A stretch of DNA of 62,594 bases, filler included, from Choristocarpus tenellus KU-1152 (Eukaryota; Protista; Phaeophyceae), in NCBI GenBank assembly GCA_964200185.2. It is 9 parts of 9 records of this genome, joined end to end, with 100 filler letters (N's around TTAATTAATTAA, not from the genome) between each part and the next. Parts side by side here need not be neighbours in the genome. Positions count along the whole stretch, not along the records: positions 11,321 to 14,195 come from CAXNAD020024009.1; positions 14,296 to 20,789 come from CAXNAD020008000.1; positions 20,890 to 29,686 come from CAXNAD020004323.1; 6 more parts are not named here. The stretch is one strand, 5' to 3'. Positions 13,624-25,581 of this stretch are shown here, piece by piece. Position 1 is the first letter of the stretch. Each line of letters starts with the position of its first letter. The notes below the pieces were generated by a model. The model searched no databases, was not told the DNA's origin, and saw only the letters and a program-made list of their open reading frames with translations. The translations under genes were made by a program, and so were the position numbers.

Positions 13624-14295
13624 AGAGTAACTGTAAAGATAGCTATCTCTAGAGTGGTGAGTGCACTCTCTCACTCCATGTTTTCCACAACTATGGGGAC
13701 AACGATGTGACAAGCTCTTACTACACAATCTATGACTCTAACACGGGTCATTGCCTTTCCTCTAAGATAAGAAAGTGTACTGTGTATTGGTCTACCCTTC
13801 CCAACACCACCCCATTATTAATGTAGATCCTCCAACTAAGGCATTTTCAGAGTACCAAGGTAAATACCACCTTGCCATGAATCATAATATGCGATTTTCA
13901 GCACGGGATGCTAAGGAATAACAATGTCAGTCACAGGAACGGAATAATCTACAACTGGTTCGGTTATACATACACTACTTGCACATGCTTCTGAGTCAAG
14001 TTAACGGTAAGCACCCTTAGACCCGATGCGCCCCCTTCAAGCTACGACTTTCATGGGGTATTCACTACTGCAAAGAGGGTACACATCCTGAGGGCACACA
14101 GTCAAATATATTTGAAAAAGAAGAATAACATTACACTCCAACAGGAGGGTACAACCACTGACTAAAGGTATCTGGGGGGGGGGGGTCTACACCAGNNNNN
14201 NNNNNNNNNNNNNNNNNNNNNNNNNNNNNNNNNNNNNNNTTAATTAATTAANNNNNNNNNNNNNNNNNNNNNNNNNNNNNNNNNNNNNNNNNNNN

Positions 14296-14470
14296 GTTGG
14301 TCATCGGATATGGGGAGTGACTGGAAATCAGTGGTGAAGGGGTCGCACTGGCTTGTCATCAGATATGGGGGGTGACTCGAAATCAGTGGCAAAGGGGGTT
14401 CGCCCTGGTTGGTCATCAGAGGTGGACGGTGACTGGAAATCAGTGGCGAAGAGGTCGCACTGGTTGGTCA
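14296..14470. repeat. ~56-57 bp minisatellite, about 3 units, truncated by the contig end
   Basis: Unit ggtcatcagatatggggggtgactggaaatcagtggcgaagaggtcgcactggtt is repeated. Confidence 0.85.
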
Positions 14471-15805
14471 CAAGGGTTGTTAGAATGTAGGGAGAAAAGG
14501 GAATAGAGAGGAATGCAAACATAGAATAAAATAATAATAATAATCCAGAATTCGTGAGCAAAACAAAAACGGACTAATGATGTCTTCCGTGCAATACATC
14601 CCCTACCTCTCAATCTCCGCACTATCGCACCACTTACTATCTACCCACCATACTTTCTTGGTTTTACTTGCTCAAGGTTTTTGTTGCAACAGTTTCAAAA
14701 CACTCTGTCCCATAGGTCTGGGTCGTTAAGTTGTAGCCAAAATAATAAACCGCACTGAGTACATTGTGTAAGTGCGATGCGGAACCACTGTTGTGTCTCT
14801 TTTCTTTTTTACTTTTAAACCAAGATTGGGGTTATTTTTTCACACGTGAGTTAGGATTAGGTTTTCAAAAATGGTATGAAAAAAACACAATGGATGAAAC
14901 AATACAATGGTGGAATCCCCATCCCCAGTAGACGGTGGTTCCCAGTGCATAGCACTCATCCACACCACTGGTGTGAAACTTCTCCTATGAAGCATCCTTG
15001 GCTAGTTAGATTTAGCGTTGGGGGTAGGTTTTCGAAATGTGTGTGAAAAGGTAAACAAAGACCACAATAATTGGTGGTTTCCCTGTGCAGTACAACGGGA
15101 TTCATCATCAGGGTTCTGTTTTCTCAATTTGCAACCATTTCACCTTTCCATGCAACCCCAACGCACTCACCACCACTAGAGTTGCTAGTCTCCAACTTTT
15201 GTTCTATACATTTACGTAAAATAATAATAATAGTATGTGTATGGTGATGATGTGCATCTTTTCACTACTTCCAGTTCTTACTAGTAGTATAAATGTTGGT
15301 TTGAAACGTTCACTATGCAGTGGTATAAACGGAAAAACATTTTCTGATACTAAAATAACATCTCTTTCCTTTTTCCAAATGTTATATTTTCGTATCATTC
15401 TCTGCTATTTGCAATAATAATATAATTGACACGGTGCCACAACCTGGCAAACAATCTGAGAGCATACAGAAAATTGAAAGCTTGGGGGTCTTCCACCAAT
15501 TTTCAAAGAGAAGCTCAGGTGTAATTTCCCTCCCTCTGTTGTGGAAGTAAACGCCTTGGACTGAACTAGTTTCTCTGTGCTTACAGTTCCGAAAATAGAT
15601 CGTGAAATACCCTACTGAAAAATGCCCCCCAAGTGTAAGCCTTAATAACTTTAAGCTATAAGTACACACTCTAACCACCACACCCCTAGTAGCTGTCTAC
15701 CCACAGAACCAAATCTGCTGCAGGAGTTGAGTGTTACGGTTCCTTCAACACACCACGGCAAGTCCCTTCACATTCCTGTGTCATCTTCCCGCTCCTTGTT
15801 GCCTA

Positions 15806-17297
15806 TCACCCAAAGAGGTCTTCCGCCTCCTGGACGGCCTGGGCAAGCACATCATTTTTCAGGGCGGCAATAGCGCTGGCCCGGGGCTTGTACCTCCTAG
15901 AAGTGAACTTGCCATTGATTCCATTCTTGTTTTTCTCCACCATGAGGACACGCTTTGAGCTAGACCACGCAGTAAGCTGGATACTGTAGACCTTGAAGTA
16001 GGGGTGGTCAATATCAGGATAACTCAGGACCCCAATCTCGAGCATGGTCCGCTCATGGCGCTCATGCTTGCTGAAAAAGGCTTTAAACGAATTGACCGAG
16101 GCCCCAGAGCCAGCCACGATTTTTGCCAACACTTTTATGTCAATTCCAGTTGCTGCGAGAACATCGTCATCTGCAAGATCAGTGGTCGAGTGTGGAGTAG
16201 GAAGAAACGTCAGTAGTCAACACTGCCTGTTGGCTTGGCCCATTGATTTCATCATCAGGTGTTTATCACATACACACGTAATATTTTTCATACCTTATCC
16301 TAGGTCGTCAAGAAGCATAGATCAAGTCAACACCGATCCATCGTACAGGTATGATGATGGAAATGAAATCGGGTCAAACAAAAATGAAGAAGTGCGCAAT
16401 ACTTCAACAAAGATATCGAAATCCTGCATCAAACACAGTCAAGGATTATGGAGTCAAGCCACAGAGAATCGGTATGTCCCATAAGCGAAGAAGATTGTTC
16501 GCTTTCCCTCGCTAGGGTAGGAGCATTCGAGATGATGTAGGGTGAAGAAGAAATTGCCCTAAATTATTAACACAATTTGTCTTGGAGTATATAATTTTTC
16601 ACAGTACTCTTTGAGTCAATTTGCAAGTTGTTCACACATTGGAAAGTAAGAGTATAATAACGAGTAGTAGTGGATAATGGGTTTGATGATTCAAAAAACG
16701 AGTCTTGTAATAACCAGTAGAGCAAGTGTTCTCCGGACGCACTCAGGTTTTTTCCTACGTAGTAGTGGCTCAACAACGGGACTGACTTGAATCTATCGTA
16801 GATCTGTGGTTCGCCGATTACGACTGTACTGACTATCAAACCAGTCGTAGAAGCTCACCTTTTATTAGGTTGACGAACCATGATTGAACCTCCTTCACGA
16901 TAGCTCTGTCTGGACTCCCATCGAACTTGAAGGCCGCGGTGCCACTTTTACTGAGCTTGTCCACCCTATTCACCTCGCTATCAGGCATGAGTTCCAGCAG
17001 TTCGTTTTTAGATAGGGCGGACGCAACGTTCTTCCAGGACTTGTCTCCCATGTTGGCAATGAGTCGTGTAGTAGTCGCAATGATGACCTTCAATTCATCA
17101 TCCATTGTCTTCACGCTCTCCCTGTTGAGCTTGCCGAAAGAGGGCGCGAGCCCGAAGACAAGACCTTCCTTTTTCTGCTTGCTTACAACGCTAATCGTGC
17201 CAAAATCGAAATTTTTGACCAAATCCTTCACATCTTTCACGTTGGTAGGTAGCCCAAAGGCAGCGGCAAGTGATGACGATCCCGAAAAGGCTGCCAT
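15806..17297 (-). CDS. Uncharacterised 267-aa protein, two exons (17297-16859 and 16170-15806)
   Basis: ATG at 17297; donor AAAG|GTGAGC; acceptor TTGCAG|AT; phases match (439+365=804 nt), giving MAAFSGSS...SWFVNLIK-DDDVLAATGIDIKVLAKIV...EAEDLFG*. Confidence 0.85.
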
Positions 17298-18230
17298 CAA
17301 TGCTCTGGTTGTGGTGTGTTTTACGCACTGATTGGGGACACGATTTGGGGTGTGGTTGAACCTCGCTTCGCTTGTGGTACAATCGGGAAGGGATGTATTC
17401 TCAAAGAAAACAACCAACGACTTAAGAGAAAAGAAAGAGATGGGAGCCTCGCACAATTCCCCTTTGCTGAACGTGATGTGATGGTTGAAAAGAGAAGAGT
17501 GATATTATTTTAGATGGTGGGGTTGGGTAACCACCTGTTGGTTGTAGAAGGATGACTAAAACTGAATACTTACAACGCTTCTGGAATACTCCAAGATATA
17601 GAGAAATGAAACGTTTCGAATATGTGGACATTAGAAACCCAACATCGATTCTCTGTAAATATCTTCATGAGATACGAAACATGATATCGTACCATGTAGT
17701 CAGGGTTTGTGTAATTGCATGGTGAATTCTATCTTTCATCGTACATAATTGTGAGAGGACAGTTATGGTGGGCGAATCCTGTGCGCAAGAGTTCCTTGCC
17801 ACTTCAGGAAGAAAACGTGTAACCCAGATAAGTGTACATACCCCGGATTATCCCTTAATACATAGAAGCAATGTCTCCGTGACCACAGGAGTGAACATTC
17901 CTGTATGACACTATACACCCCTCTTAAAAATGTACGTGCTTTTTTCCTGTGTAGAAAAAAATATACTGCGGGAACAGAACAAGAGAACAGAGGGAGTAAT
18001 TGAACCTGAGTGAAAGGGTCTGCTGATACTTGTTGAAAAGTGGAGTTTATGATTCACAATTCCGAATTTGTGAAGAGCAAATTTTGCGTAAGACTGCCTA
18101 TAGCTACCATACCATTGTTAGGAATCACTCAACACCGAAAACAGTCAACTCAGACCCAGACTATACCTACAGTCGGTGTGTCGGGAACCAAAACACATAC
18201 AACCTCTACAAAATGAAAGCTGATTGTGGA

Positions 18231-18466
18231 TGTTGATAAGGTTGGTGCATGTACGGCTCGTCGCCCAAAGCTGCTGGTTGAGTCACGTAGTAAAACATAC
18301 ACTGAATAATTAAATATCCACTGGGCCTTTATCTCAGCATCAATTGTCTCTGACGTATGACCAAAGACTGACCGATCATATACCGCTATGTTCGTTACTA
18401 CTTTGTGCTGTACCGAACTAAAGATAAACGTACATGAAACTATGTTATATACTAGGTTCTTCGACA
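18231..18466 (-). mobile_element. Solo LTR of the copia family at 25316-29640
   Basis: TG...CA ends; aligns with LTR 25316-25581; 5-bp TSD gtgga/gtgaa (one mismatch). Confidence 0.85.
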
Positions 18467-19033
18467 GTGAAAACAGAGCAACAGAACAGGAGGAGTGGTT
18501 GAATGTGAGGCGAACGGTGTTATCGTACTATTAATAAGTGCCGGTCCACGATTCACGATAAATGATTTGTAGAGGAAATTGGCAAAAACGGGATTTCCTC
18601 TTACCCCCCATACATATCCGCTGTTGTTGTTGGTTGAAATTGTCAAAGGAGAGGTATCATGGAAACAATACAAAGCAGCACGAAAAGATTGAAAGTAGAC
18701 GGGAACACGTGCTCTTGACTGCCAGGAAGAGAGACTGATATTGAGAAGCCCAATCATGTACGGTGGCATTGCCCATATGATTGATTGTTGGACTGGGTGC
18801 ACGCAGAGGCCTCATTTTCAGTCACCCAGTGTGGACAAGTACTAACTCCATCAAAGCAGTTGTGTAGTCATGTGGGGTGATCAACGACCTACCGATCCTC
18901 TGCAGATACATATCACAGTCTCACTTACGTTCCTTCACAGCTCCACCTCCATGGTTTCCTCCCAAAGTGGTTGAGCTTACACCTTCGAATGTCCACACTT
19001 TTAGCGTGTTGGTCTTGCCCAGGAAGTCTCTGT

Positions 19034-19216
19034 GGACCAAAGTATCTGGGAGGGGGGGTGGGGATCTATACTAGCGTGTCCATTTGGATCAAAATCAGGA
19101 AAGGTGCATTTACATTATCCATCCGATGTATGCAACCAAATCACACAGAAATGGCGATATGAATTAATTGACCCCAAATGGACAACCGCCACACACACAC
19201 CCAGATACTTTGAGCC
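19034..19216 (+). mobile_element. MITE family B (G-tract type, CAAAGTATCTGGG termini)
   Basis: TIR ggaccaaagtatctggg / cccagatactttgagcc; flanks tgt/tgt; homologous to 20614-20789 and 20905-21083. Confidence 0.85.
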
Positions 19217-19246
19217 TGTTGTGTGATGACCCCAAAAAAATCGATT

Positions 19247-19505
19247 GAGTGAAATTATCTTAGAGGGTACGAGATTTGCCCTGTTTGTCCATTTGGGGCT
19301 TGGCTTCCCATGTCTTTTTTAATAACATTTTCCTACTCCGAAATGTTTTCTGAGTAAGTTAAATGTATGCGTTGTGACAAGGTGTGTCTGGAACATAGAT
19401 ATTGACACTTCCTAACAAATACGATACTTAAAATTACATCAAGTTGCAACATTGGAGTTTTACCCCCAAATGGACGCGACTCTACCCTCTAAGATACTTT
19501 GGTTC
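19247..19505 (-). mobile_element. MITE family A copy
   Basis: Full-length homology and TIRs. Confidence 0.88.
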
Positions 19506-19904
19506 AGTTGCAGAGCTACTTCTGCTCACAGATACTGATTTCCCCAAAGAAATTCGAGGAAAAATAGTACACCAAGTGTTCCTGCTGGCCTGCTCAGTCA
19601 ACACATTCACTGGATCAGGTCTTGCTTCTTCCATCCTTGCCACCAATGGTGTAGAATGTGTTACTGCTATCCCCGAAACAGCCCCTGTCCCCTCCTTTCC
19701 CCTCTCCTTCTCCTCCCCCTGCCGTTGGTGTCTTGCCCTCTGTATCTATCCCAACTGCAAGATCAAATGTATCATTGCGTTCAACTTGTAGAAGACAGGT
19801 GTGGCAAGGAGTTTGTGTCATGTATTACTCCATGCTCACAAAGGGGAATTTGATAGTTGTTCAATCTTGTGACAAACCACACAAGACTGGTCTAGGTGGT
19901 GGAA

Positions 19905-20041
19905 GAGTCGAAGCATTTAAGAGGGTAGGACCGCGTCCGTTTGGGGTCAAAATCATATATTACATCAAAATAATATTGGATTTTGGACCCCAAACAGACA
20001 GAAGCAGGGAAAAACTCCTATCCTCTTAAATGCTTTGGGTC
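19905..20041 (+). mobile_element. Short (~137 bp) internally deleted MITE related to family A
   Basis: TIR gagtcgaagcatttaagagggtagga / tcctatcctcttaaatgctttgggtc. Confidence 0.75.
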
Positions 20042-20613
20042 TGATACATGTGATGTAAAGTTTATCATTTCAGAAGGTCACCCATAAAGCCTCTGTAGAA
20101 CTGTGATAGTTTACGAGTTGACGATCGCCTGAAAGACAATAAAAGCATAATTTCCTCACATAGAGAAAAGCGCAGAGTTATCCGAACAGGTGTAGCAGGA
20201 AATACTGATGAGGAGCCTACCTACGCTCTGCAATTGTGAGTAAACCCAGTGGTGTTCTTGAGTGAGTCAATTGCCACATCCTGGTCGGCATTCTAGAACA
20301 CAGTAAAGGAGTGTACAGCCCTGAAGTCAAATCCTGCTGTGGAGAGACATACAGAGGATTGAGGGGGTAGTGGAGTAGTAGGTGGAGTGAAAGAAGAAGT
20401 GACGCAAAAATTGTAAATACAGCTAAATTCCCTGGGGGTTTTGGCGCATTGTTTGACATAGGGGCACCAAAGTACAAGTTGAACGGCTGCGATAAACACG
20501 AAATGAGGAAGAGACGTTTCCCAAATGGCATGTCAAATTGCTGCAATTGGGGACGTTGAACAGTGTGAAGGGTAAGCAAAGAAGTAACAGACTTACGGAG
20601 ATCCTCTCGTGTT

Positions 20614-20789
20614 GGCTCAAAGTATCTGGGTGGGGGGGATGGCGGCTGTCCATTTGGAGTCAATTTTTTCATATCGCCATTTTTGTGTGATTTGGTTGCA
20701 TACATCGGATGGATAATGTAAATGCACTTTTCCTGATTTTGGTCCAAATGGACACCCTGGCGTGTAGACACCCCCCCCCCCCCCCCCCC
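20614..20789 (-). mobile_element. MITE family B copy, broken at a poly-C tract at the contig end
   Basis: Reverse-complement homology to 19034-19216. Confidence 0.85.
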
Positions 20790-20904
20790 NNNNNNNNNNN
20801 NNNNNNNNNNNNNNNNNNNNNNNNNNNNNNNNNTTAATTAATTAANNNNNNNNNNNNNNNNNNNNNNNNNNNNNNNNNNNNNNNNNNNNAAGTGGAGGGA
20901 GCGA

Positions 20905-21083
20905 GGACCTAAACTCTGGGGGGGGGGGGTGGGTCTACACCAGAGTGTCCATTTGGACCAAAACCAGGAAAAGTGCACTTTCATTATCCATCCAGCGTAA
21001 TGAACCAAATCATCCAAAAATCGAGACATGGAAAAATTGCCCCCAAATGGACAGCCACCACCCCCTCCCAGATACTTTGAGCC
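20905..21083 (+). mobile_element. MITE family B copy
   Basis: Homology to 19034-19216; ends cccagatactttgagcc. Confidence 0.8.
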
Positions 21084-23700
21084 AGATTTAGAACCTAGCT
21101 TTCTTGCGGACGTCTTCGCTTCTACCAGAAAGGGCAGAGACGCGGAAAATTCAGCGCCATCTACTACGTACGGGGCATGAGGATGACGACAAAACGTCCG
21201 TGCATGGTGATGACGACGTTGTGACAGAGGACATGGTCGACTCTGGCGATGCATCCGTCGTGGGGATCACCGAAGCCTTCATGGAGGCATGCGTTATGAA
21301 GCTCCTACGATCAGCAACAAAACCCGCTTCGTCGCAGTACTGGGACAAACCCAAATCCTTACCCAGGTCACATATGACCGCGGGTTCAGGCTCCTAAAAG
21401 CCGCAAAGCGGCCAAAAATCTTGTATTCGGGGATGACTGCTACGTCCATGAGCCTACAGAGCTAAAACTCCACGGTCGAGGAGGGAAGCCCGGCAGCACG
21501 TTGCGTCCGGAGCATGTGGAAACACTCCATGAAAGGAAGGCCATCTTCATGAGCCTCGTGAAGCCAGAACCGGGAACGACAGGTACTCCACACGCCTAAA
21601 TCTCCGGCACCTCCTAACTGAGGCATACCCGAAGCTTGTAGACTGGTGGGAGAGGGTGAAGCCATTTCGAATCCACCCACCAATTGAAATATAGCTTCTG
21701 TCGTTTCAGTTTTTTTGTTGAAGTACGGATCGAGTTACTTGTGTCTCATTCGTGCATCAGTGTACCTTGCCTTGGTGTCCGACTACCATGCTCATGCAGC
21801 TTCCATTCGATGGGATATGCATTTACACAGTGGTATCGGAATCATTGCTACCAGTCAGAGGTGTTAGTGTGTCATACATAATACTCGTCTTGAGGATTAG
21901 ACCTGTGTTCTTATTTGTTTAGCAGAGAGTGTCCAATACAAGGTTCAGACTACTAAAATATAAAACATTTTTTACACAACTCTTCTCCATCTTTTCCACT
22001 AAGTATCCTATCATTCGCCAAGGCCTGCAATGGATACGCTGTCTTCTTACCAGCCGCTAATTTCTCTGTGAACCCTACTACCTAGCTCCCCCCTGCTTCT
22101 CAATACTCTATACACCATCTCATGCTTTGTCCAAGTATCGATAAATGAGGGCCAATCTCGTCCTCCGGCAAATCTTAGAGGATCATGTACCAAAGTCCAC
22201 GCCTGATGCTCCTAAGCACAACACCAACCCTGAGCCTACCGCAAACATGTGCCATGAAATCGACGAATGGCCTGGATTGCCACCCCCGCACACTGACACT
22301 AACCATTACCTTACCCTAACACTTACACTGAGCCCATCTGCATCCCGTGGAAACCTAAAATAGACCAGAGTCTTACCTGAATTACGTACCAGTGCCGTCA
22401 TCGACCCTACTTACACCAAACCAACCCTACCTCATCAGGATTTATTCAACCCACTCATTCTAACCCAGAATCAAGGGTTGTATATCTTGAGATACTTCCA
22501 GCGAAACGCACGACAATCGACCTTGACCAATAAGCCTTTGCGAACAAATCCAGATTCTGTCGACATATTACATCAAAGAAACAATTCACTAACCCGAAAG
22601 TAAAACCTGACCCTTTTCCCTTCCTTCATGCCAACAACTTTAACCCTAACACCCTGAGCGGCAACCCTGGTTGTTTACATACTAAATCCGACACATGCAA
22701 GCAAATAAACGATATACTAAATTTAAAACAGTACCTGGATTATTTTTTAATTCCTTGTGCACACACCGGGACAACAGACCCTAACTGACAGTCCTCTTTG
22801 TGTACATACCAAACACGACTCATGCAAGCTAATAAACGAAAAAACTATCCTCGAAACAGTCCATGGTCTTCTTTTCAGTTCCTCATGCTAACACTGGGAA
22901 TGCACACCCTAACCGACTGCCCTCTTTATGTGCGGACCAAATCCCACTCATGCAACCCAAGTAAACCAATAACTAGCCCTGAAACAACCAATGACATATC
23001 TCTCATTCTTCATCCTAACAGTACAACCAACATACACGTCCACATAAACCTGTTTGAACACATTGAAATCCGACACATTCAAACGTCGAAACTCCTAACC
23101 TAACCCAAATAAATAGTGGCATATATATTCCCATTCCTCTTGCGTACGCAGGGAGAGAAGGGAACCTAACCAACAGTCTTCTTTTTTTTGTCCACATTTC
23201 CAATCCGACACGTGCGACCAAATCACACCAAAAAGTGAAAATCGAAAAAAGGGTAAAAAAAGGACCCCCCCAGATACTTTCACCCCCATCTTCAACCTCT
23301 CCACCCTAACTTATTGACTGTTTATTATGTTACTGTTTGATTTTGTGACCTCTTCAGACATGATGTAAACAGTTCCATGTGGGATGAGGGCCATTCATCG
23401 CTACTTTTTTCATTGTAACCATACGGGGGGGTCAGTTGATCAATGTGACATTATACGTTACACCACCAACATGCAGATATGCATGCACCCTCTACATCGT
23501 AGTTTTAACCTCAGTACCTTCACAGTTGAAATTTTTGGGTGCCTCGGTAAGAATAATTTCTTTAAGGTGAGCTGGTTACACATATACAGTGTGGAGGAGA
23601 GGGGTCCGAGGTTATAGTAGGAAAGAGACCATCAAGTCTCGCTTACGACGGATAGTATCCACTACTGCTGTTCGATTAGACTCTTTCAACTCTATCGGAC

Positions 23701-23958
23701 GAGTCAAAGCATCTTAGAGGGTAGAGTCGCGTCCATTTGGGGACCAAAATCCAATGTTGCAATTTTGATGTTATTTTGGCTATCAATCTTGTTAGGAAAT
23801 GTCAATATCCTTGTTCTGGACACTCCTTTTCATAGCGTATATATTTTACCTACTCCAAAACATGTTGGAGGAGCTAAACTGTCATAAAAACCCCGTGAGA
23901 AGCCAAGCCCCAATTGGACAAACAGGGCAAAATCGTACTCTCTAAGATACTTTCACTC
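23701..23958 (+). mobile_element. MITE family A copy
   Basis: TIRs and a perfect TSD ggac/ggac. Confidence 0.92.
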
Positions 23959-25315
23959 GGACAGTTCTGGCAAAATGTATATGGAGTGAGAGAACAGTTG
24001 TTAGTAATTAAGTGTGATCAGAACCTTTTATCAGTAATTAGGTATATGAAAACATTTCTCATATAAAAGTAATTGTTCCGATTTTATGGGGTGCTGCATG
24101 CCCCACTTGACGTTAGTCGATCACTCTACAGACATCAAGCAGCATTCTCTTTGGATTTATCACCTTTATTATTTTTGATGACTTGGGCGATACTTTAAGA
24201 ACTGCACAGTGCTCTCTCGAGACACACCATGTGCTTCAAGCTAGAAGCACCAAGCAGATGGACAAGAAAGGGGCTGTCAGATTCTTGGGGTGCTTCCCTA
24301 GCTCCTCGCCCACCTTTCTAGGGCTGAGGTAGGTTAAAGAGGCAAAGCAGCGGTGTACACGTTATATTGTGATTACCAACCTTTAAGGAACCTTTGTAGT
24401 ATAACTAATGCTCAAATAGTAAATGGTAATTGGTGAGGTATCTTTTACATTAACGACAACTGTTACGTTTTCAGGGGTAGCTGTGATATCAGAGGGCATA
24501 ATCATATATATATATATATATTGATTTAGCTTTTCCCCTGACACATCTGCAAAATGTTAGAGAGCATAATAATGCACTTGAATATATCATCTCGATATTT
24601 CATACCGTCCTAGGTTTGTTTCGCAGTCATACCTTTACAAGGTGGACGCAATTACTTTAATAGAAGTGCTTAGTTCGCTTGAGGTCAAGTCAACATAGGA
24701 GATCAAGCCCTTCGATGTTACAGGGGAAGGCTCTTTCTTCAGCAAGTTGGACAAGTTATCTTCTGTTACAAAGCAAAAGCTTCGATGCACTTGCACCACC
24801 ATGTAGCCCTGCGCCTGAGCGTCATTCACATTTCACCCAGCAGTACATTGCAGCACAAGGCGAGAAACGTTTAAAGGAAATCTCAAAGAAATAAAGAAAT
24901 TCAGGGTGTGTTCCAAATAGCCCAAACCCAACGAATCACTGAAGCTCTAAAAGATATTGCTGAGGGGGTACCACTAACAGGTTACATTGTGCTTGACTGC
25001 AAAGGGACGCACATAGTTCTATCATTCATCCAAGATACACCCCATACCTTTAGGTGCACCCCAGGTAGAGTAAGGTGTAGTGCACAGGGGAATCCCTATG
25101 TCTTCAGGAACCCCCACTGTACAATGCTTCTTTAAAAAAAGGTTATGCAATATCCCTCATTCCATTTCTCTTTGCTAGTATGTTCCCATATTCAAATTAT
25201 AACAGATTTTATGGAGGGGCAGAAGTACATACATGTTGAGTGATCCAATACCATATGTTGGTATATTCTATGAGAGTCCTCAAGTTATGTCGAACAGGAG
25301 TGAACTCCCAGCATT

Positions 25316-25581
25316 TGTTGAGAAGCTTGGCGCATGTAAGGCTCGTCCTGAAAGCTATCAGTTGAATTACATGGTAAAAAATACACTAAATATTAATTAT
25401 CCCCTGGGCCTTTGTCTTAGCCATCAATTATCTCTGATGTATGACCAAAGACTGACCCATCATACCGCTATGAACGTTACTACTTTGTATTGTACCCAAC
25501 TAAAAATAAACGTACATGAAACCTATGTTATATGCTTGTTTCAGCACAGACAACGTAAGGATAACACTAGGTTATTCGACA
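25316..25581 (-). repeat. 3' LTR of the copia element, preceded by a PPT (25582-25591)
   Basis: Minus strand reads AAGGGGAGGA then TG...CA; matches solo LTR 18231-18466. Confidence 0.85.

Noticed and set aside
16044-17331. Plus-strand ORFs 16044-16484 and 16927-17331
   Set aside because: Antisense to the well-supported 267-aa gene
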